From Centroscyllium fabricii (lineage: Eukaryota): 64,000 nt of DNA. The position numbers and the translations under genes were made by a program. Shown here piece by piece: positions 13,991 to 27,786 of this stretch. The stretch covers positions 108,996,001 to 109,060,000 of the forward strand of contig JBNRSN020000005.1 in the NCBI GenBank assembly GCA_051313645.2. The letters are read 5' to 3'. Each line of letters opens with the position of its first letter. Within the stretch, counting starts at the first letter, position 1. Below the pieces are notes generated by a model that ran no database searches, was not told the origin of the DNA, and was given only the letters and a program-made list of their open reading frames with translations.

Positions 13991-14700
13991 TCAATATTGG
14001 GACCATTGCATCAACATTAAAACTTAGATTTAAAAATGCTGAGGGAAAAAACCCAAAAGTACTATACCGAGACTCATTAAACATTTACTTTGTCTGCCAG
14101 GACCTCAGACAACTGATGCAACTGCTAAATCTCTGATGTCAATGATGAACTGTATACCAGTTCAACAGTCCAGATAATTTTATCCATACTATCTAGGAAA
14201 CCGACAGCAGTACAGGTTTGGAAAATAGCACTGTACTTTTGACCAGCATACTCAACTTATAAACCCGCAACCTCCACTAACTAGCAGTAGGGTAGAAAGT
14301 TCCGCTCCAAACCATCCTGCCGTAGACATATATCATTGTTCCTTGTTGCTGGGTCAAAATACTGGATCTCCTTACCCAACAGCATTGTGGGAGTACCTTC
14401 ACCACAGACTGCAGTGATTACCACCACCTTCTCAAGCGCAGCTAGGGATGGGCAATGAATGCTGGCCTTGCCAGTGACAGCCGCAGCCCGAGAATGAATA
14501 AAGTTAATTTGATCCAGTAGGACTCAGAAGAAGCCAGTTTCATCTGAAGAATGCCTTTGCTTACTGGCATTTAACGCAACTATCCAATTTTTTGGATTAT
14601 TTTTCTGGAGAGAACAGGGGTTTTGCCCTAAATATGGTCTGTTCCAGTTACTAAAATCTCAAATTAAAAAGATATAGACAGATGAAAATGCACGATTTAC

Positions 14701-14829
14701 CTGTTTTACAACATCTAGCACCATAAACACTTGCTGGGGATACAGCAATCCCTGAGACATGAGTGATAAACACATTTTTGCATCCCTTTTAAGTTCATCA
14801 TAGTTCTCATCATTTTCCACAGGAGCAAT
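14701..14829 (-). CDS. PSME4: PSME4 coding exon ([43 protein letters not shown])
   Basis: Manual translation; tttag acceptor, gtaaat donor; 129 nt. Confidence 0.95.
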
Positions 14830-15647
14830 CTAAATTTAAGGGAAAAAAATAGGGAATAGTAATTTACGGTCTCAGTTTAAACACTAAACTAAACTAACAG
14901 ATAACTTAGAATGTCATTTGGATAGATTAATTTGGCAAGAAAAATGCTGTAAATGAATTTGGCACTAAATACAACCAGAGAACTACATTTCCTCCAAGTG
15001 AACATGGGGAATATTGCTTTTTGTGAGTGTTTTTTTTTTTACTCCACTTCACAAAAAATTATATTCTAAAATTTGGCAGGAAACTATCCTTACAAAGTGA
15101 TAAAGTTCACTTTTAGCTTCAACCAATTAGCAATTGAAGAACAACAACAGGCAGCAAAATATCAGACAGAAAACAAAAACCAGAGGTGAAAGGACAACAA
15201 TACTTAAAGCAGAGGACTGGATTTGTTTTCGGTTTGATCAAGCTGGAAGTGGCTCAGTCCAACTAAAGGTGGTGGTGGGGGGGTGCGGGTTATACCAAGG
15301 GTTGGAGCATGCAGACTGAGGCGGATGAGTTTGATATCTCATTCCATTCAGTTCTAGACTTGACCTATGTACAATGGGAAAGTGCTGGAAGGAGGCAATA
15401 GGGAGGACAGAAAAACAGATGGGATGTCTTGTCTGGGCAGTACCTTCTGCTTGCATATGGGAAAAAAGGACATTGGCAGAGGCAGGCCATCTGCTCTTTG
15501 GCAGCAAGGACATTAAACCAAATAAATCTAGTTAAAACTACACAGTACAAATCACATTTAAACAACAGGTCAAACTAATGTACATGATTTCGTCTCAAAT
15601 GCACAAAGTAAATTAAAATGAATACGAACACTAAGATTACAACATAC

Positions 15648-15733
15648 CTTGAATAAAAGTGGCAGGAGATGGAGCTGTTCTTCAATTGCTGTAGAGAATG
15701 ACCTTCCTGCACTTGCCATTAACCACTTCAGCA
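15648..15733 (-). CDS. PSME4: PSME4 coding exon ((V)[28 protein letters not shown])
   Basis: Manual translation; tacag acceptor, gtatgt donor; 86 nt. Confidence 0.95.
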
Positions 15734-16358
15734 CTGTACAGCAAAACAAAGCATGCAGCTGGTTAGGATGTCAATATCTTCACTACCTTCACTGTGAATT
15801 TTAGTTTTACATAACAAAAAATAAAAAACACATACTCCATTTCAATAAAGCAAGTTCTCTGTATTCATCAGGACTAATAAACAAGCCTTTCCTGCTGAAC
15901 AGTGCATAAACACATACAACCTTTGGAGCAAAAAATGAAACAGACTAACAAATACCACAATGCAAGAATAGTCTTCTCACTACTGACATTACTTGTGATT
16001 TCAAGCAATAGCATTTGATTAATATCAAGAAACATTGTCTGTTGACATAACGCTCAAACTATAAATGAAAAACAAAAATGAAAAGCTTTTATTAAAAATA
16101 AAACATTTAAAATACTAGATTTCCCATGTGGATGGTTGCGTACCTGCCGTAAGGTTTTTGCCATTTACAGTCCCTAAATGCAACAGTAGTTTTCACATCA
16201 TTATAACTGAGCAAATTTACTGAAGAAATATGCCATATGATTGACTGGATGTATGACTGGATGTAAAAATTTACATACCTTATCGATGCTGAAAGGTACA
16301 GGCCTCACAGATATAATACTTGTAATGTTACTTACTTACTGCCTTGCAAAACCAAGTA

Positions 16359-16821
16359 CAGGTACACAATCCTTTATCCGAAACCCTTGGGACCGGACGG
16401 GTCTCAGATTTTTTTCGGTTTTCGGATGGTCGTGTTGGCGGCTCAATGCGCAGGCGCAGAATGGCGTTCTGCGCATGCGCATTGCCGGCCCAGTGCGCAG
16501 GCGCGGAACGGCGCTCTGCGCATGCGCAGGCACATTGCCGTGTTGGCAGCCCAGTGCGCAGGCGCATTGCTGTGTTGGCGGCCCAGTGCGCAGGTGCGGA
16601 ACGGCGCTCTGCGCATGCGCAGGCGTATTGCCGTCCTCTGAACTGGAAGAGACGCTCCCAGGAGGCGGTAGGAGATTGTGGGCTCGGGAAGGAATTGTAC
16701 CCGCGGGTGGGCTGGAAACCCAGTGTAGGCCTCAGGCCCCGATTAGATTTAGGTTTGTGCTCCAAAACGTTTTTCGGAGCTTTTCAGTTTTCGGAGTTGC
16801 AGATAAAGGATTGTGTACCTG
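16359..16821 (+). mobile_element. Tc1/mariner (pogo/Tigger-like) MITE, family A
   Basis: TA|CAGGTACACAATCCTTTATC...GATAAAGGATTGTGTACCTG|TA. Confidence 0.9.
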
Positions 16822-18799
16822 TAATAACTTGGTTCTTCCCTACCCAGATCATCTTATTGCCAGTTATTACATTACAGTTTTTTTGCTCTATCTGCCACAG
16901 TGGATTCCAATATTTGTCTAAGTAGTTTATTTATTTTTCCCTCCTGAAAACCTTCCTCCTCCCCCTTTCCCCCTCACTTTCCACAGTGGATTTGTAGTTC
17001 TTGTAGAAACTATTGCTGGTGTTGTCTTGCCAAGGGAAGTTTTTTCAACACTGTTCAATATTCAGTGATCAGCATAGGAGGTCATTTATCATGGTTCAGC
17101 TGTGGCTAGCTGGTTATCTTATATCAGCAAAGTGCCTTCGAGCTATTGCACAAATAACAATAGCTTGCAATTATAAAGCAGAAAACATTAAATGCAGGTG
17201 AGGTTCATGATCTAATTGAATGGTGGAACAGGCTCGAGGGGCTGAATGCCCTACTCCTGTTCACATCTTCCCATGTTTCAATCCAAGGTGTCTTAACAAA
17301 TAATAAGAGAATGTCAAGCCATGGAGTGAGACATGAGGAGTGATGATTGGAAGCTTGGTTTAAAGATGAGTTTTGGGAAGGTTCTAAAGGGCAGAGACAA
17401 GTGGAGAGGTAGAGGTGTTTAGTGAGTAGGGCCCAGGCAGCTTTAGTCTGACTCTTATGCCCTCTGAAGTGGCCTAGCAAGCCACTCAGTTGTATCAAGC
17501 CACAACGAAGAATAACACCTTCACCACACAAACTGCAGCGGTTCAAAAAGAATGCCCCAACACCACCTTCTCAGGCTATGATCAATAAATGCAAGCCGCC
17601 ACCAAAATATGCCCGACAAAATACAGGCAGGTGGGCTTGGGATAATTTGGAAGTTTATAGGCAGTTGAGGGTGTGAGGCAAGCAAAGATGATATTGCAAA
17701 ATCGAGTATAGAGGTGATAAAGGCGAAAATAATTTTATTCAACAGTGGGGCAGAGGCTGCAATGCTGTGGAGATGGAAATATCAGCATTGCTTATGGATA
17801 GGATGCAGGATTTGCAACTCAGCTCAAGGTTAAACAGGCCACCAAGGTTTCATTTGATCTGGTTCAGCTTAACCAAATGGCCAGGGAGGTGGATGGACTC
17901 AGTGACAATGCAGCAGAGTTTACAGTGGGGGCTAACAACGATGACTTCTATAACTTTGCCCAATTTGAAAAAACTTTAACTTATTTATTACAATTTTAGA
18001 TAGAGGAGCGACTCAAGCCTAGGGCAGAGAATGTAACCTGAGAAAGCATCAAGGGAGGTGAAGGGGCCATAGTGAGTTGAGAAGATGAAAAAGGGAGAAC
18101 AAAGCAAGGCCCAGAAAGAGCCAAAAGGAAATCTGGAAGTAGGGGGCTTGGATGCAGAATAGCAGCCAAAATAAGCATGCAAATTGATACAGGGGAAGAT
18201 TTTAAGTTACAGGGACCAGTGGTAGAGATCTAGGAATACCGGGGAGGGAATCACAAGATGGAGCGGATACTGGCGCTTCCATAGCCTGCTTTTTGACTCT
18301 TTCTAACATGATTCGCTCAGCAGGCTTAAGAACCAGACAAATTTATCAAATAGGTCCTGAATCAAGTGCAGATCCCCCATTTTAATAGTCAGCGCTTGCT
18401 GCTGGCGGCCACTGGCGCCGCCTAAAGAGAGGCCCTGCCGAATTTAGCAGTAACCTGAATGCATGCACAATTTGGGCATGGGCTGTCACACTGCTAAATT
18501 CAACCATAAATCAGGCACAACACTCTTGAATTTATGCCCCAGTATGTCTAACTCGCCATTCCTGTCCATCATACTTCAGACATCACACGTTGTTTAATGC
18601 ATTTTTCTGTGTGACAAAGTATTAATAAACAGTATCTCAATTGCAATGTACAGAAAAATTCTCCAGGAACATAAAATACCTGAGTCACAATGTCTACAGG
18701 CTGCTTGTAGAACTTTGAATGAACTCTGAGTGTTGATCTAACAATTAGCCTTTGTAGCCTTCAATGGACACAGCTTGACCGTAGCAGAATAATACATTT

Positions 18800-19530
18800 G
18801 CCTGTCATTTGTGGTCAGCGGTGATGCAAAGGCGTTTGCCGCTGGCTCTGAAGTGAGCTTCCCACAAAGATCTCGCAATCTCTGAGGCGAGAAGTTTAGC
18901 TTTTCTGACGTTCAGTTGATATCAGTGTAAGTTAATAGGGATCCCCTAGTGCGAGCTGCTGTGACAGCAACAAGTTGCCTAAGCAGCCAATCACAATGCA
19001 GAATACTCACACACAAGCAGTGAGTAAGCTCCTATTATTGTAACTTTTTCAAAATGTTAAAGAGCAAAACAAAGATTGGGGCTCTCACCTGGGGAAAAAT
19101 GTAAACCTGAAATAAAGCTGAACAAACTTAAAACATTTTTTAAACATGTTTATTAAAATGAATAAATTTGAAACTCCACAAAATTAAAATTAGTTTTTCA
19201 GGGCCTTAACTTTTGTTTAGCAGTCAATACACTGTTCAAACCCCAGTCACACCTACTCCAAAAGGGTCTAACTTTTAATGGGGTATTTTACAGTGATTTT
19301 ACTGCAGAAAAGCCGACGTTTTCGTCAGTTTCACTGGTTTCCCTGATTACGCTGATTGCCGGCTATGGCGGGGTGAGGGTGGGGTGGGGTGGGAGAGACC
19401 ACAGTGCAGCCAATGTCGGAGCAATGAATGGCTGGCCACAACTTCAGGATTTCCGCGTTAGGATGTGCTCCATCCTGAAGTTACGGTCAGTTTCAAAGGG
19501 GTAATAACAGCGAATGCAAATTCCAAGCCT
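18800..19530. mobile_element. Second copy of the 3177-4170 family, same orientation, no LTR insert
   Basis: Shared blocks such as ctaagcagccaatca...gtgagtaagctcct and caacttcaggatttccgc. Confidence 0.7.
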
Positions 19531-20014
19531 TTGTTCACTATTCACAATTCAAAAAGCTTTATTGGCATGAATGGTATCAACCGTTGTTGCCAAAGCACTG
19601 CAACATACATAAGAATATTACATTAGTAGGGCATTGTAACATACATAAAAATAATACATTAGTAGACGTACTACATAGAATAATACATTAGTAGACTTAT
19701 TGACAACCGTACATTAGTTACGCACACATGTACATTTATACCCGCATATAGAGCTTGTATGCTCATCCTAGCTTCAATGTCAATGGTCACTGGTTGTCCC
19801 TCTGCTTATGGCAAGCTGTGACGTAGTTTGCCTACCTTGTATATAATAGCTCCTCTCCTTATAAACATCGCCGCATCCAACTTAGTGGCTTGAAAGGGGG
19901 CAGGCTAGATTAACCATTCCTCCATCTTAGCAGCTAACAATTACAACTATACTCCAGACCATAAACTACCAATGGAAGATTAATAAACTTGTCATGAGAT
20001 AATTAATTGCCTAC

Positions 20015-20223
20015 CTGTTTTCAGAAGTTTAATAGCCTGGGTTCTTTCATCTTGTTCCCCGACACCATTTTCCTCAACAATGTGATTTTGGATCTCTTCG
20101 TCAATTTCCATAAGGGGCTTAAGTTGGCCTAAGATACGGCCAGTGAATTCCGAGACATGTGGCGACAGTGTTGGATTTGAATTGGGTAGGGTGATGTCAA
20201 TCATGAATAAATACGTTAGAACG
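20015..20223 (-). CDS. PSME4: PSME4 coding exon ([14 protein letters not shown]...QAIKLLKT)
   Basis: Overlaps ORF 19992..20204; ctacag acceptor, gtaggc donor; 209 nt. Confidence 0.96.
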
Positions 20224-20699
20224 CTGTAGAGGGAATATTTGAGAAGTAAAATGATTAAAGGAATAGTGTGTTACAAAATATTATACATTATATTGCATAA
20301 TAACAAAACTTTGAATTTCAGTGACATTTAACAAATTAACGGATTTTAGAATCGCTATTTAAGAGTGGTTGGGAACACAAATTCCACATATATTTTTCCA
20401 CTCCGAAAAGTTTGTACATGTGTTTGAATCATTTCAGAGAGCTAATCATTTGGTAAAGAGTGGAGCTTAACTGAGTCATATGGCTCAGAAGGTCTGATGT
20501 TAAATCTTTAGTTAGTAATGAATTAGCTGGTATCAGCCAGGATGACCGTTGGAGTTTTACAATTGAGGTCAGTGCCTCTGGGCTACTGAATGGGGAAAAA
20601 AATTAGCCAGGATTCCCACTTCCGATTGCTATCCAGTGACTTCTTCTAGAATGTGGCATCAGTGGACAGGGTTGTGTTCAACTATGATGCTTCTCACAG

Positions 20700-21035
20700 G
20701 AGGATAGATAGATAGAGAGAGAGAGAGAGAGAAAGGGAAGAGAGAGGGAGAGAAAAAGAAAGAGACACAGAGAAAGAAGGAGCAAGAGAGAAAAAAGAGA
20801 TAAAGATAGGGAGAGATAGATAAAGATAAATAAGGGGAGAGAGATAGATAAAGGGGAGGGATATAGAGATAGATAAAGGGGAGGGATATAGAGATGGATA
20901 GAGATAGAGAAAGATGCAGAGATTGAGAAAGGGCGATGAAGGGGCAAGAGAAAAAGGGTGAAAGGGAGAGAGCAAAAGGGAGGGGAGAGGGAAAGAACGA
21001 GAGTGAGAAAGGGAAGGGTGCGAGCAAGAGATAGA
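20700..21035. repeat. GA/GATA-rich low-complexity purine tract
   Basis: (GA)n and gatagataaaggggagggatataga repeats. Confidence 0.9.
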
Positions 21036-21391
21036 TATTTAATCCTTTATACTATGAGGTACACAGCACTATTGTTAGCCTCCCAGTAACACCATGGTAC
21101 ATCTGCTGGTAAATGCTAATTAAAATCATTACATTGCTTCATTAGCATCACAGTGCTAATGACAAGTTCAATAGATTCACTCCAAAGTGGCCACTGTAAA
21201 TTAAAAACTATGTCCATTCTAGCCATGCCTTTTAGTATGAGGTGACTGTAGAGCTCGTGCAATTTAATACACAAATACAGATTTAGAACAATTCAAATCA
21301 AACTCAACAACTGTGTACATGCACACTTTATAAGAATAAGATATTGCAACATTTTTAAATCCTACTATTTAAAATTCCCACATGCACTCAC

Positions 21392-21523
21392 CTTCCTATC
21401 CTTTCTCGCACATTTTTGTAGACCTGTGTGAGTTTGGGCTCAAGGTACTGAAGGAGTCTATGCATCAGTTCAGGTACTCTCCATTCTTGCTGTGCCAAAC
21501 CACCCTGCAAAACGTAGAGTCGA
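21392..21523 (-). CDS. PSME4: PSME4 coding exon ([19 protein letters not shown]...NVRERIG)
   Basis: Within ORF 21388..21573; gctag acceptor, gtgagt donor; 132 nt. Confidence 0.96.
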
Positions 21524-22530
21524 CTAGCAACAGAACACAAAGAATGTGAGCTGGTAAATGATTCTGTTTTCATTTCTTGTAAATCAAGGAAAGTGAATAC
21601 GTAACATTTTCTTTCTGATTACCAATTACAGGCATGGTCTTCTGCATTCCTTCACAGGTGTTCACTGCACACATACAAATGAATTTGCTTCATTCAAAGA
21701 AGGCAATAGAAGGAAATGGGGGGGGGGGGGGGGGAGAGATCACTGGGACACTGTCCCTAAAAGAGTTGGGCATCAGGGCTCACCATTGGCTCAGTAATGA
21801 TGGAACTATCTAGCGCAGACCTGCAGGTTCAAGATTTGATGCTCAGCATGATGACTAACTAGCTGACAACACTCGTCGAGCTTGGGAGGAGAACAAAGTT
21901 AGTCAGGGTTTCCACTGGCATTTCCTGCTGTCAAGTGTGCGTGTGTGGGGTTGTTAAGCAAGAACAGAATTTAGCGATACAGCGATACAGCCAGGGCTGA
22001 GCTTGATCCAGGCTTTGCTCAAAGATACTTGTTATTTGGGCACGTTACCATAGGATGGCTGACATTCATGGAACCATACCGCAACTCTGTTCAGCAGCTT
22101 TAGGAACCAGAGGGGGAAAAAAAATCAAACAAAGTTCATATTTGTGATGTGGTCATTATCCACTCCTACTCTACATGTAGGTATTACTCCAGAAGGAAAA
22201 ATCAGTTCTTTTAAATTGAGACATCAGCAGAGACCTCAAGGTGGTGCAAGAATTGGAGCATACAAAAACTGCATGCTCCACATTGTGCCAGGTCAGAGAG
22301 AAAACTGAAGGCAGGGAGGGAGGACGCTTGGCATGTGGGAATTGAAGTATACACAAGTAATCAGGAAGGATATGGTATGTAATCTACCATCCTTCCTCGA
22401 TAGTTCAAACTTTAAATGGAGAAAATGTGAAGTCTCTACACTTTAATATCAATGGTCAGCTTGGAGCACAGAAGTGCCTAAATGTTATTTGTCTTGAAGC
22501 CGACAGTTATGCTTCCTAAGAATATGTGTA

Positions 22531-22948
22531 CAGGTACACAACCCTTTATCCAAAAACCTCGGGACCGGGCAGGTCTCGGTTTTCGGATAAATACGGTTTT
22601 TAGAGTTGGCCCCAGTGCGTATGCGCAGATCGTTTGCGCATGGGCATTTCTGTGTTTGCAGCCCAGCTCGCAGTCGGGGAACTGCATATCAGCCGTTTGG
22701 AGCGGGAGATCGGCCGTTTGGAGGAGGAGATCGGCCGTTTGGAGGAGGAGATCGGCCGTTTGGAGGGGGGGGGGGGTGTCGGCTGGCCGTTTTTTCCCTC
22801 AGCACGGCATCAACAGCACGTGATCGGGGTGGGAACGTGTTTTTTCTGCTGCAGCTTAAATAATTTTTTTCTTAAATAAATTGAAGAAAAACTTCGGGTT
22901 TTGGAGCTTTTCGGTTTTTGGAGTTGCGGATAAGGGATTGTGTACCTT
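22531..22948 (+). mobile_element. MITE family A with internal 21-bp tandem repeat
   Basis: Same TIRs, TA flanks; ggccgtttggaggaggagatc repeated about 3 times. Confidence 0.88.
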
Positions 22949-23529
22949 TATTAACCCATACAGCTGCTTTATATTTAGTGTCAGCATGTTGTCTAATGCT
23001 GTGGCCACAGGACATGTATAAAGAACTCTACTTTTTTCCTGGCAGGACTGTCTACTCGAGGAATAAGAGAGTAGTACATTTCACAACTCATTTAGTTGCA
23101 CACTAATTGTATTAGGTTTACCCACTGTATTGGTTCCAAATGAAAAATAACTGCCTAGGTCAGCAGATGTTTCTGGCTCGACCTATGCATAGAACTAAGG
23201 CTCCACGAACTTCAGCAAAGTGATGCTTTCTTGAAGGGAAGACACATCCAATATAGCAATTTAACTCAATTTCCCAAGATAAGTGACAAAAGTGACAATT
23301 TTAGACATTAATTTTTCTTGTGATTGTCATATCCACATCTCAAAGTAAACAGGGTAGGTAGGAAAAGGCTTGAAATTCACTAATCCTGTAAGTCAATATA
23401 AATTTCTTTAACATTGTGAATATATATATATATATAAAATCCGTGTTCAGATGGGTTCAACATAAAATTGTGCAAAAGAATATTAAAATCCCAGACAAGT
23501 CTAATATTCCTTCATAAATATGGCAGTCA

Positions 23530-24405
23530 TTGCTTGTTTGTATGTCACTCCGTGCCCCTGGCGAACACATGTGCAGGAGATGTGTCCAGCTGCAGCTTCT
23601 AACTGACCGCATTGAGGTGTTAGAGCGGTGGTTGGAGACATACCTGAGCATTCGCGACGTAGAGGACATTGTGAATAGCACATACAGGGAGTTGGTCACA
23701 CCGCAGGGAAGTGATGCACAGGCAGAATGGAGAAGGGTGACCAACAAGCCAAGAAAAAGACACAGGCAGGTAGTGCAGGGAACCCCTGTGGCCATCTCCC
23801 TCTCCAACAGATACAGCCCTTTGAGTACTGTTCGGGGAGATGACCTATCAGAGGAAGGCAGCAGCAGCCAACTTCCTGGTACCAGGAGTAGCTCTGCTGC
23901 ACAGGCTGGGGGGAAAAAGAGCAGAAAGGCTATTGTCATAGGGGACTCAATTGTAAGGGGAGTAGATAGGCATTTCTGTGGCCATAAGCGAGACTCCAGG
24001 ATGGTGTGTTGTCTCCCTGGTGCAAGGGTCAAGGATGTCTCCGAGCGGCTGCAGAACACCCTGGAAAGGGAGGGTGAACAGCCAGTTGTCGTGGTGCACA
24101 TAGGCACCAACGATATAGGTAAGAAACGGGATGAGGTCCTTAAATCAGAATATAGGGAGTTAGGAGATAAATTAAAAAGCAGTACCTCAAAGGTAGTAAT
24201 CTCAGGATTGCTGCCAGTGCCACGTGCTAGTCAGAGTAGAAATAGAAGGATACTGCAGATGAATACGTGGCTGGACGATTGGTGCAAGGGGGAGGGATTC
24301 AAGTTTTTGGGACATTGGAACTGGTTCTGGGAGAGGTGGGACCAAACCAGACGGTCTGCACCTGGGCAGGGCTGGAACCAATGTCCTAGGGGGAGTGTTT
24401 GCTAG
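23530..24405 (+). pseudogene. CR1 ORF1 (esterase-type), 5' truncated and frameshifted near 24343
   Basis: CRRC..L heptads, IVIGDSIVR and HIGTND motifs; the terminal DGLH motif (gacggtctgcac) is out of frame. Confidence 0.88.
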
Positions 24406-27400
24406 TGCTGTGGGGGGGATTTAAACTAAAATGGCAGGGGGTTGGGAACAGGGGGACAGAGGAAAGGGGATCAACAATAAAAGTAAAAGGCAAGAAGGAG
24501 ATAAAGAAAGGTATAAGGCAAAGAACACAGCAGTTTAAACCAAACATGGCCACAGGGAATAGTAATAAATACAGAGCTGAGAGCATTAAAAAAACAAGCC
24601 TGAAGGCCTTGTGTCTTAATGCAAGGAGCATTCGGAAGAAGGTAGATGAATTAGCGGCACAAATAGAGGTAAATGATTATGATTTGATTGGGATTACAGA
24701 AACATGGCTCCAGGGTGGCCATGACTGGGAACTCAACATCCAGGGGTACTCAATATTTAGGAAAGATAGACAAAAAAGAAAGGGTGGTGGGGTAGCATTG
24801 CTGGTTAAGCAGGGGATCAACACAATTGAAAGGAAGGATATTAACTCTGATGATGCGGAGTCTGTATGGGTAGAATTGAGAAATAACAAGGGTCAGAAAA
24901 CATTAGTGGGAGTGGTATACAGACCTCCAAACAGTAATATGGAGGTTGGGAATGGCATTAAAAAGGAAATTAGAGAAGCTTGCAGTAAGGGCACAGCAGT
25001 CATCATGGGGGACTTTAATTTACATATCGACTGGGCTAATCAAATTAGTAAAAATACTATTGAGGAGGAATTCCTGGAATGTCTACGGGATGGTTTTTTG
25101 GAACAATATGTCGAGGAACCAACCAGAGACCAGGCCATCCTTGACTGGGTATTATGTAACGAGAAAGGAGTAATTACCGATCTTGTGGTAAGGGGCCCCT
25201 TGGGTCTGAGTGATCATAACATGATAGAATTCCTCATTAGGATGGAGAGTGAGGTAGTGGAATCAGAGACTAGGGTCCTGAATCTAAACAAGGGAAACTA
25301 TGATGGTATGAGGTGCGAACTGGGTAGGATTGACTGGGGGATGTCACTCAAAGGGTTGACGGTAGATCGGCAATGGCAAATATTCAAAGGCTACATGGAT
25401 GAGCTACAGAAGTTGTTCATCCCAGTGTGGCACAAGAATAAAACAAAAAGGGTAACGCAACCGTAGCTGACGAGAGAAACATAGAAACTAGGAGCAGGAG
25501 TAGGCCATTCGGCCCTTCGAGCCTGCTCCGCCATTCAATGAGATCATGGCTGATCATCCAAACCCAGCACCCCGCCCCTGCCCTCTCCCCATATCCCTCG
25601 ATCCCTATCGAGCCTCCATCGACACATATCCCACCCTATCCCCACCTATTCAATCCCCCTAACACTAAGGTTCAATTTATCATGGCCAATCAACCTAACC
25701 CGCACATCTTTGGACTGTGGGAGGAAACCGGAGCACCCGGAGGAAACCCACGCAGACACGGGGAGAATGTGCAAACTCCACACAGATGGTACCCGAGGCT
25801 GGATTTGAACCCGGGTCTCCAGAGCTGTGAGCCAACAGTGCTAACTGTGCCACCGTGCCGCCCTAAATTAGGGATAGCATAAGATCAAAGGAAAGGGCAT
25901 ATAAACTGGCCAAAAAAAGCGGTAACCCTGAGGATTGGGAACAGTTTAGGATTCAACAAAGGAGGACAAAGGGATTAATTAAGAAGGGGAAAATAGAATA
26001 TGAAAGTAAGCTTGCAGGGAATATAAAAACTGACTGTAAGAGCTTTTATAGATATGTAAAGAGGAAAAGATTGGTGAAATCAAGTGTAGGTCCCTTACAG
26101 TCAGAAGCAGGGGAAGCGATAATGGGGAACAAAGAAATCGCAGACCAATTAAATGCATATTTTGGCTCTGTCTTCACAAAGGAGGACACAAGTAACCTCC
26201 CAGAGATATTGGGGAACATAAGGTTTGATGAAGGGGAGGAACTGAAGGATATCCGTATTTGCAGGGAAATGGTGTTAGGGAAATTGAAGGGATTAAAGGC
26301 CGATAAATCCCCAGGGCCTGATAATCTACATCCTAGGGTACTTAAGGAAGTGGCCCTAGAAATAGTGGATGCATTACTGATTATCTTCCAGCAATCGATG
26401 GAATCTGGAACTGTACCCATGGATTGGAGGGTGGCTAATGTTACCCCACCATTCAAGAAGGGTGGTAGGGAGAAAGCGGGAAATTACAGACCAGTAAGCC
26501 TGACATCGGTAGTGGGGAAGATGCTGGAGTCCATAATAAAGGATGTAATAGCTGAGCACTTGAAAATCAGCGGCAGGATCGAACAAAGTCAACATGGATT
26601 TACAAAAGGTAAATCGTGCTTGACTAATCTGCTGGAATTTTTTGAGGATGTAACTGGGAAAATTGATCAGGGAGAACAAGTAGATGTGGTATACTTGGAC
26701 TTTCAGAAGGCGTTCGACAAGGTCCCGCACAAGAGACTAGCATATAAAGTTAGGGCACATGGGATTGGGGGCAAGGTATTGACTTGGATTGAGAATTGGT
26801 TGGCGGACAGAAAGCAGAGAGTGGGAGTGAATGGGTCTTTTTCCGGGTGGCAGGCAGTGACTAGTGGGGTACCGCAGGGACCGGTCCTGGGACCCCAGCT
26901 ATTCACAATATACATTAATGATTTAGAAAAGGGAACTAAATGTAATGTCTCCAAGTTTGCAGATGACACAAAGCTGGGAGGGCGTGTGTGCTGCGAGAAG
27001 GATACCAGGATGCTCCAGGATGATTTGGACAGGTTGGGCGAGTGGGCCGAGACATGGCAGATGCAGTATAATGTGGATAAATGCGAGGTTATCCACTTTG
27101 GGGGAAAAAACAGAAATGCCGACTATTATCTGAATGGCAATAGATTGGGAGAAGGGGAAGTACAACGAGACCTGGGTGTCCTGGTGCACCAGTCACTAAA
27201 GGTGAGCATGCAGGCGGTTAAGAAGGCAAATGGTATGTTGGCCTTCATAGCGAGAGGGTTCGAGTACAGGAACAGGGAGGTCTTGCTGCAGTTGTACAGG
27301 GCCTTGGTGAGACCAAACCTTGAGTACTGTGTGCAGTTTTGGTCTCCTTATCTAAGGAAGGACGTTCTTGCCATGGAGGGAGTGCAGAGGAGATTCACCA

Positions 27401-27786
27401 GGCTGATACCTGGGATGGCAGGATTGACGTATGAGGAGAGACTGGGTAGACTGGGTTTGCACTCTCTGGAGTTTAGAAGATTGAGAGGGGATCTCATCGA
27501 AACGTATAAAATTCTAACTGGTCTGGACAGACTTGATGCAGGAAGAATGTTCCCGATGGTCGGAGAGTCCAGAACCAGGGGTCATAGTCTTAGGATAAGG
27601 GGTAACTCATTTAGGACAGAGATGAGGAGGAATTTCTTCACCCAGAGGGTGGTGGGGCTGTGGAATTTGCTGCCCCAGAGAGCTGTGGAAGCTACTACGT
27701 TGAATAAATTTAAAACAGAGATAGACAGTTTCCTGGAAGTAAAGGGAATTAGGGGTTATGGTGAGCGGGCAGGTAAGTGGACGTGA
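24399..27786 (+). pseudogene. CR1 ORF2 (AP endonuclease + reverse transcriptase), broken by a stop at 25464 and a SINE insertion
   Basis: LNARS, ITETWL, MGDFN, SDHN endonuclease motifs; YLDFQKAFDKV, GVPQG, FADDTK RT motifs. Confidence 0.93.
25480..25863 (-). mobile_element. HE1-like V-SINE inserted in CR1 ORF2
   Basis: Reverse complement of 2425-2822; ORF2 sequence resumes right after it. Confidence 0.9.

Noticed and set aside
16241-16925. Overlapping 85-226 aa ORFs rich in CAC/AHAQ/RMRR
   Set aside because: Products of GCGCATGCGC repeats inside a MITE; open on both strands with no domain
19760-19940. Non-repetitive-looking intronic block as a possible snoRNA
   Set aside because: No convincing C/D or H/ACA box arrangement or terminal stem seen
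20659-21027. Hydrophobic L/S/F-rich ORFs
   Set aside because: Translation of a (CT)n low-complexity tract
26071-27786. 571-aa RT ORF as an active or domesticated gene
   Set aside because: Downstream part of a CR1 ORF2 broken by a stop codon and a SINE; no evidence of its own promoter
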